From: Patescibacteria group bacterium
Lineage (GTDB): Bacteria; Patescibacteriota; Patescibacteriia; Patescibacteriales; JAQTRU01
DNA length: 41,756 nt
Assembly (NCBI GenBank): GCA_041648955.1
Contig: JBAZOD010000001.1
Location: 1-41,756 of the forward strand
Reading direction: 5' to 3'
The position numbers were made by a program, and so were the translations under genes. Every line of letters starts with the position of its first letter. Within the stretch, counting starts at the first letter, position 1. Positions 41,201 through 41,756 of the stretch are shown piece after piece. The notes beneath the pieces were generated by a model. It was not told the DNA's origin. It saw nothing but the letters and a program-made list of their open reading frames with translations, and made no database searches.

Positions 41201-41756
41201 CTACATAAACTGTATCCGGATCAGAAGCTAAGGTAATAGTAGAATTAGTATTGTACTCCTGCCAGCTTGCCCCGGAAAAACTACTATTAAGAGATATTCG
41301 CATTTGCATACTTGAATCATCCGCGGCAGAAAGAGCAAGAGTCGCCGGCGTAGAAGTAGCAAAAACTTGCAAACTAGCAGAAGCAGGATCGGTGGTATCA
41401 AGAATGGCAGAAGCTGATGTAGAGCTAGCAATAGCATCAGCCAATTCGTTATCATCAATTATGGCCTTTATCTGAAATTCAGTAGTATAAACATCGGAAA
41501 TGGTAGCTGAAGCATCCCAAGTGGCTGTGTAAGTCAAAAAACTACCCTCCAAAACTTTATTATCTATATCGCCATCGCTATTAGTATCGGTTACATCGCC
41601 AGTCGGTGGCGCAGCTCCAAAAGTAATTGAGGTAGTAGCAATTGATACCCAAGAAGAACCGGCGTTTAAAGAATATTGAAAAGTCGGAGTAACATAATTT
41701 TTTGTAGCTGTTCCCGAGGTAGCATCCACATCTTTAATTTCATAACTAATATTAAC
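38256..41756 (-). CDS. giant surface protein with at least 8 Fn3-like modules (purple-acid-phosphatase N-terminal-like), N-terminus outside the window
   Basis: The reading frame stays open to the window edge (VNISYEIKD-V-DATSG...). The track's start at 41729 is an internal GTG. A module signature recurs: A.I.W.T.E.(A/S)DS.(V/I).Y ... H.(V/I).L..L...T.YYY.V.S.D..GN. Confidence 0.85.
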   Translation of the reverse strand, partial: VNISYEIKDVDATSGTATKNYVTPTFQYSLNAGSSWVSIATTSITFGAAPPTGDVTDTNSDGDIDNKVLEGSFLTYTATWDASATISDVYTTEFQIKAIIDDNELADAIASSTSASAILDTTDPASASLQVFATSTPATLALSAADDSSMQMRISLNSSFSGASWQEYNTNSTITLASDPDTVYVEFKDAYGNVSAVNVTTPATPNNAMVQDISNLSLDPQIYGLFVAWGVIAEPTHTFSSYQVYHSTNGSSYTLESTINNREQNYYADFNLDEGSTHYYKVIAIDAAGNVSGYSSVVQGTANGIQDGSEGGGGVETTPPVISNVVSSNVTTQSATITWDTDELADSRIEYITSQGGDFSDAPYEGVASMLNNAAGLGAHTVTLSGLSPATVYYYKVKSTDVSTNTASSTDGVDGYYFTTQNGPTISGVSAVEAGNATVRITWTTNSNSNSNVVYSVNPDMSDYAEEGDSVETTNHSVTISGLSEGTTYYYYVESGVAQDKNVVDGVVKYYSFSTSLDSVAPNITVNPTANPIADVSAAINWATNEFSDSQVDYGTTSGVYTLSSSSGNLNTSHVMVLSDLTADTTYYYKVTSTDANSNATSSAEYTFATLETLSEEATVVAREAVARQAGVDSVEASNNGGTIFITVPSAGGASSDKTAPTVTGISVTDITSDSAIVKWTTDESADSFVEYGYSNSYGLMSGKWGSDTSHSITLSSLLPEQTYYYEVSGKDAAGNLGRGTGSTFTTLSLSEELQQQAGSELSYQDVEKLTQELDQQKAEIKNQEAETEKANSLLDMASQAVAKAMSIIKQTVSKVSLSSLESSLMVQQNSIEDLARAIPAPLLSGEPKVLITAKTATIIWKTNKEANSLIAIAKDDGYRIASDDPYLQIVGNPTDKTTDHLVMVHDLEPDSVYHYQLRSQAPIGPEARSNDFTFRTAKEILEIGSYAVQNISVTEGAFKWVTNVEADSTVRYTPYRNNILAKDEARTKYDKAITTIHEINVNDFEPGVIYQIDLLSSDLSNNTAEKNIDSFSTSEDDLPPVIYQVQTNSAISPGKEAKIQTIISWMTNEPSTTRVYYQSGIAASDKEMAESTKVDANYTKKHVAVITKFEPGKVYSFRVESIDSGGNVSLSKVYTILTPQQSDSVFQVIMKNMEDVFGWMKKVNQ

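Noticed and set aside
1-41756. Search for tRNA, rRNA, transposase, integrase, prophage or CRISPR-Cas content.
   Set aside because: Intergenic gaps are 153 nt or shorter, apart from the 306-nt gap upstream of 7094 interpreted as a leader, and are mostly AT-rich. No cloverleaf-like GC-rich ~75-nt segment or recombinase-like ORF was seen. A covariance-model scan was not possible here.

Overview
This is a low-GC bacterial chromosome segment, about 33-35% GC by hand counts on sample 60-nt lines. All calls come from motif recognition by eye; no database search was run. The gene content suggests a monoderm Patescibacteria/CPR-like organism, which is inference only. Supporting content: dcw genes without murD, type IV pilus (T4P) genes without a secretin, DUF4012, four GT4/GT2 glycosyltransferases, a lipoprotein S8 protease fused to FG-GAP repeats, and a giant Fn3-repeat surface protein.

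Layout:
- 1-1.5 kb: dapA (5'-truncated by the window edge) plus an orphan secreted protein.
- 1.5-6.8 kb (-): unknown 4-TM protein, then mraY-ftsW-murG-murC.
- 6.8-7.9 kb (+): a ~58-62% GC orphan secreted protein behind a ~200-nt structured leader.
- 8.0-13.1 kb (+): pilB, GT2, DUF2304 and two GT4 genes.
- 13.2-27.5 kb (-): a tightly packed 14-gene run: DUF4012, mreB, GT4, S8/FG-GAP protease, a UXS-like decarboxylase, pilC, four minor pilins and pilMNO.
- 27.5-28.7 kb (+): two orphan genes and a GC-rich structured tail.
- 28.7-35.5 kb: a MacB-type transporter set (two permease paralogs, an ATPase, an oversized HlyD-type adaptor and a receiver-only response regulator), split by another opposite-strand orphan secreted gene.
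- 35.6-41.8 kb (-): FtsX permease, an ABC ATPase with an unrecognised 220-aa C-terminal extension, and a partial >1166-aa Fn3-array protein.

No rRNA, tRNA, CRISPR array, transposase or integrase was seen.

The best candidates for something undescribed:
1. Five compositionally deviant + strand orphan transcription units, each with its own near-consensus promoter and intrinsic terminator, wedged between conserved operons. The unit at 6857-7957 stands out for its mini-ORF and anti-SD leader.
2. The paired ABC/FtsX, long-adaptor, response-regulator and giant-adhesin neighbourhood at 28.7-41.8 kb.
3. The fusion of envelope, glycan, protease and T4P genes into one apparent super-operon.
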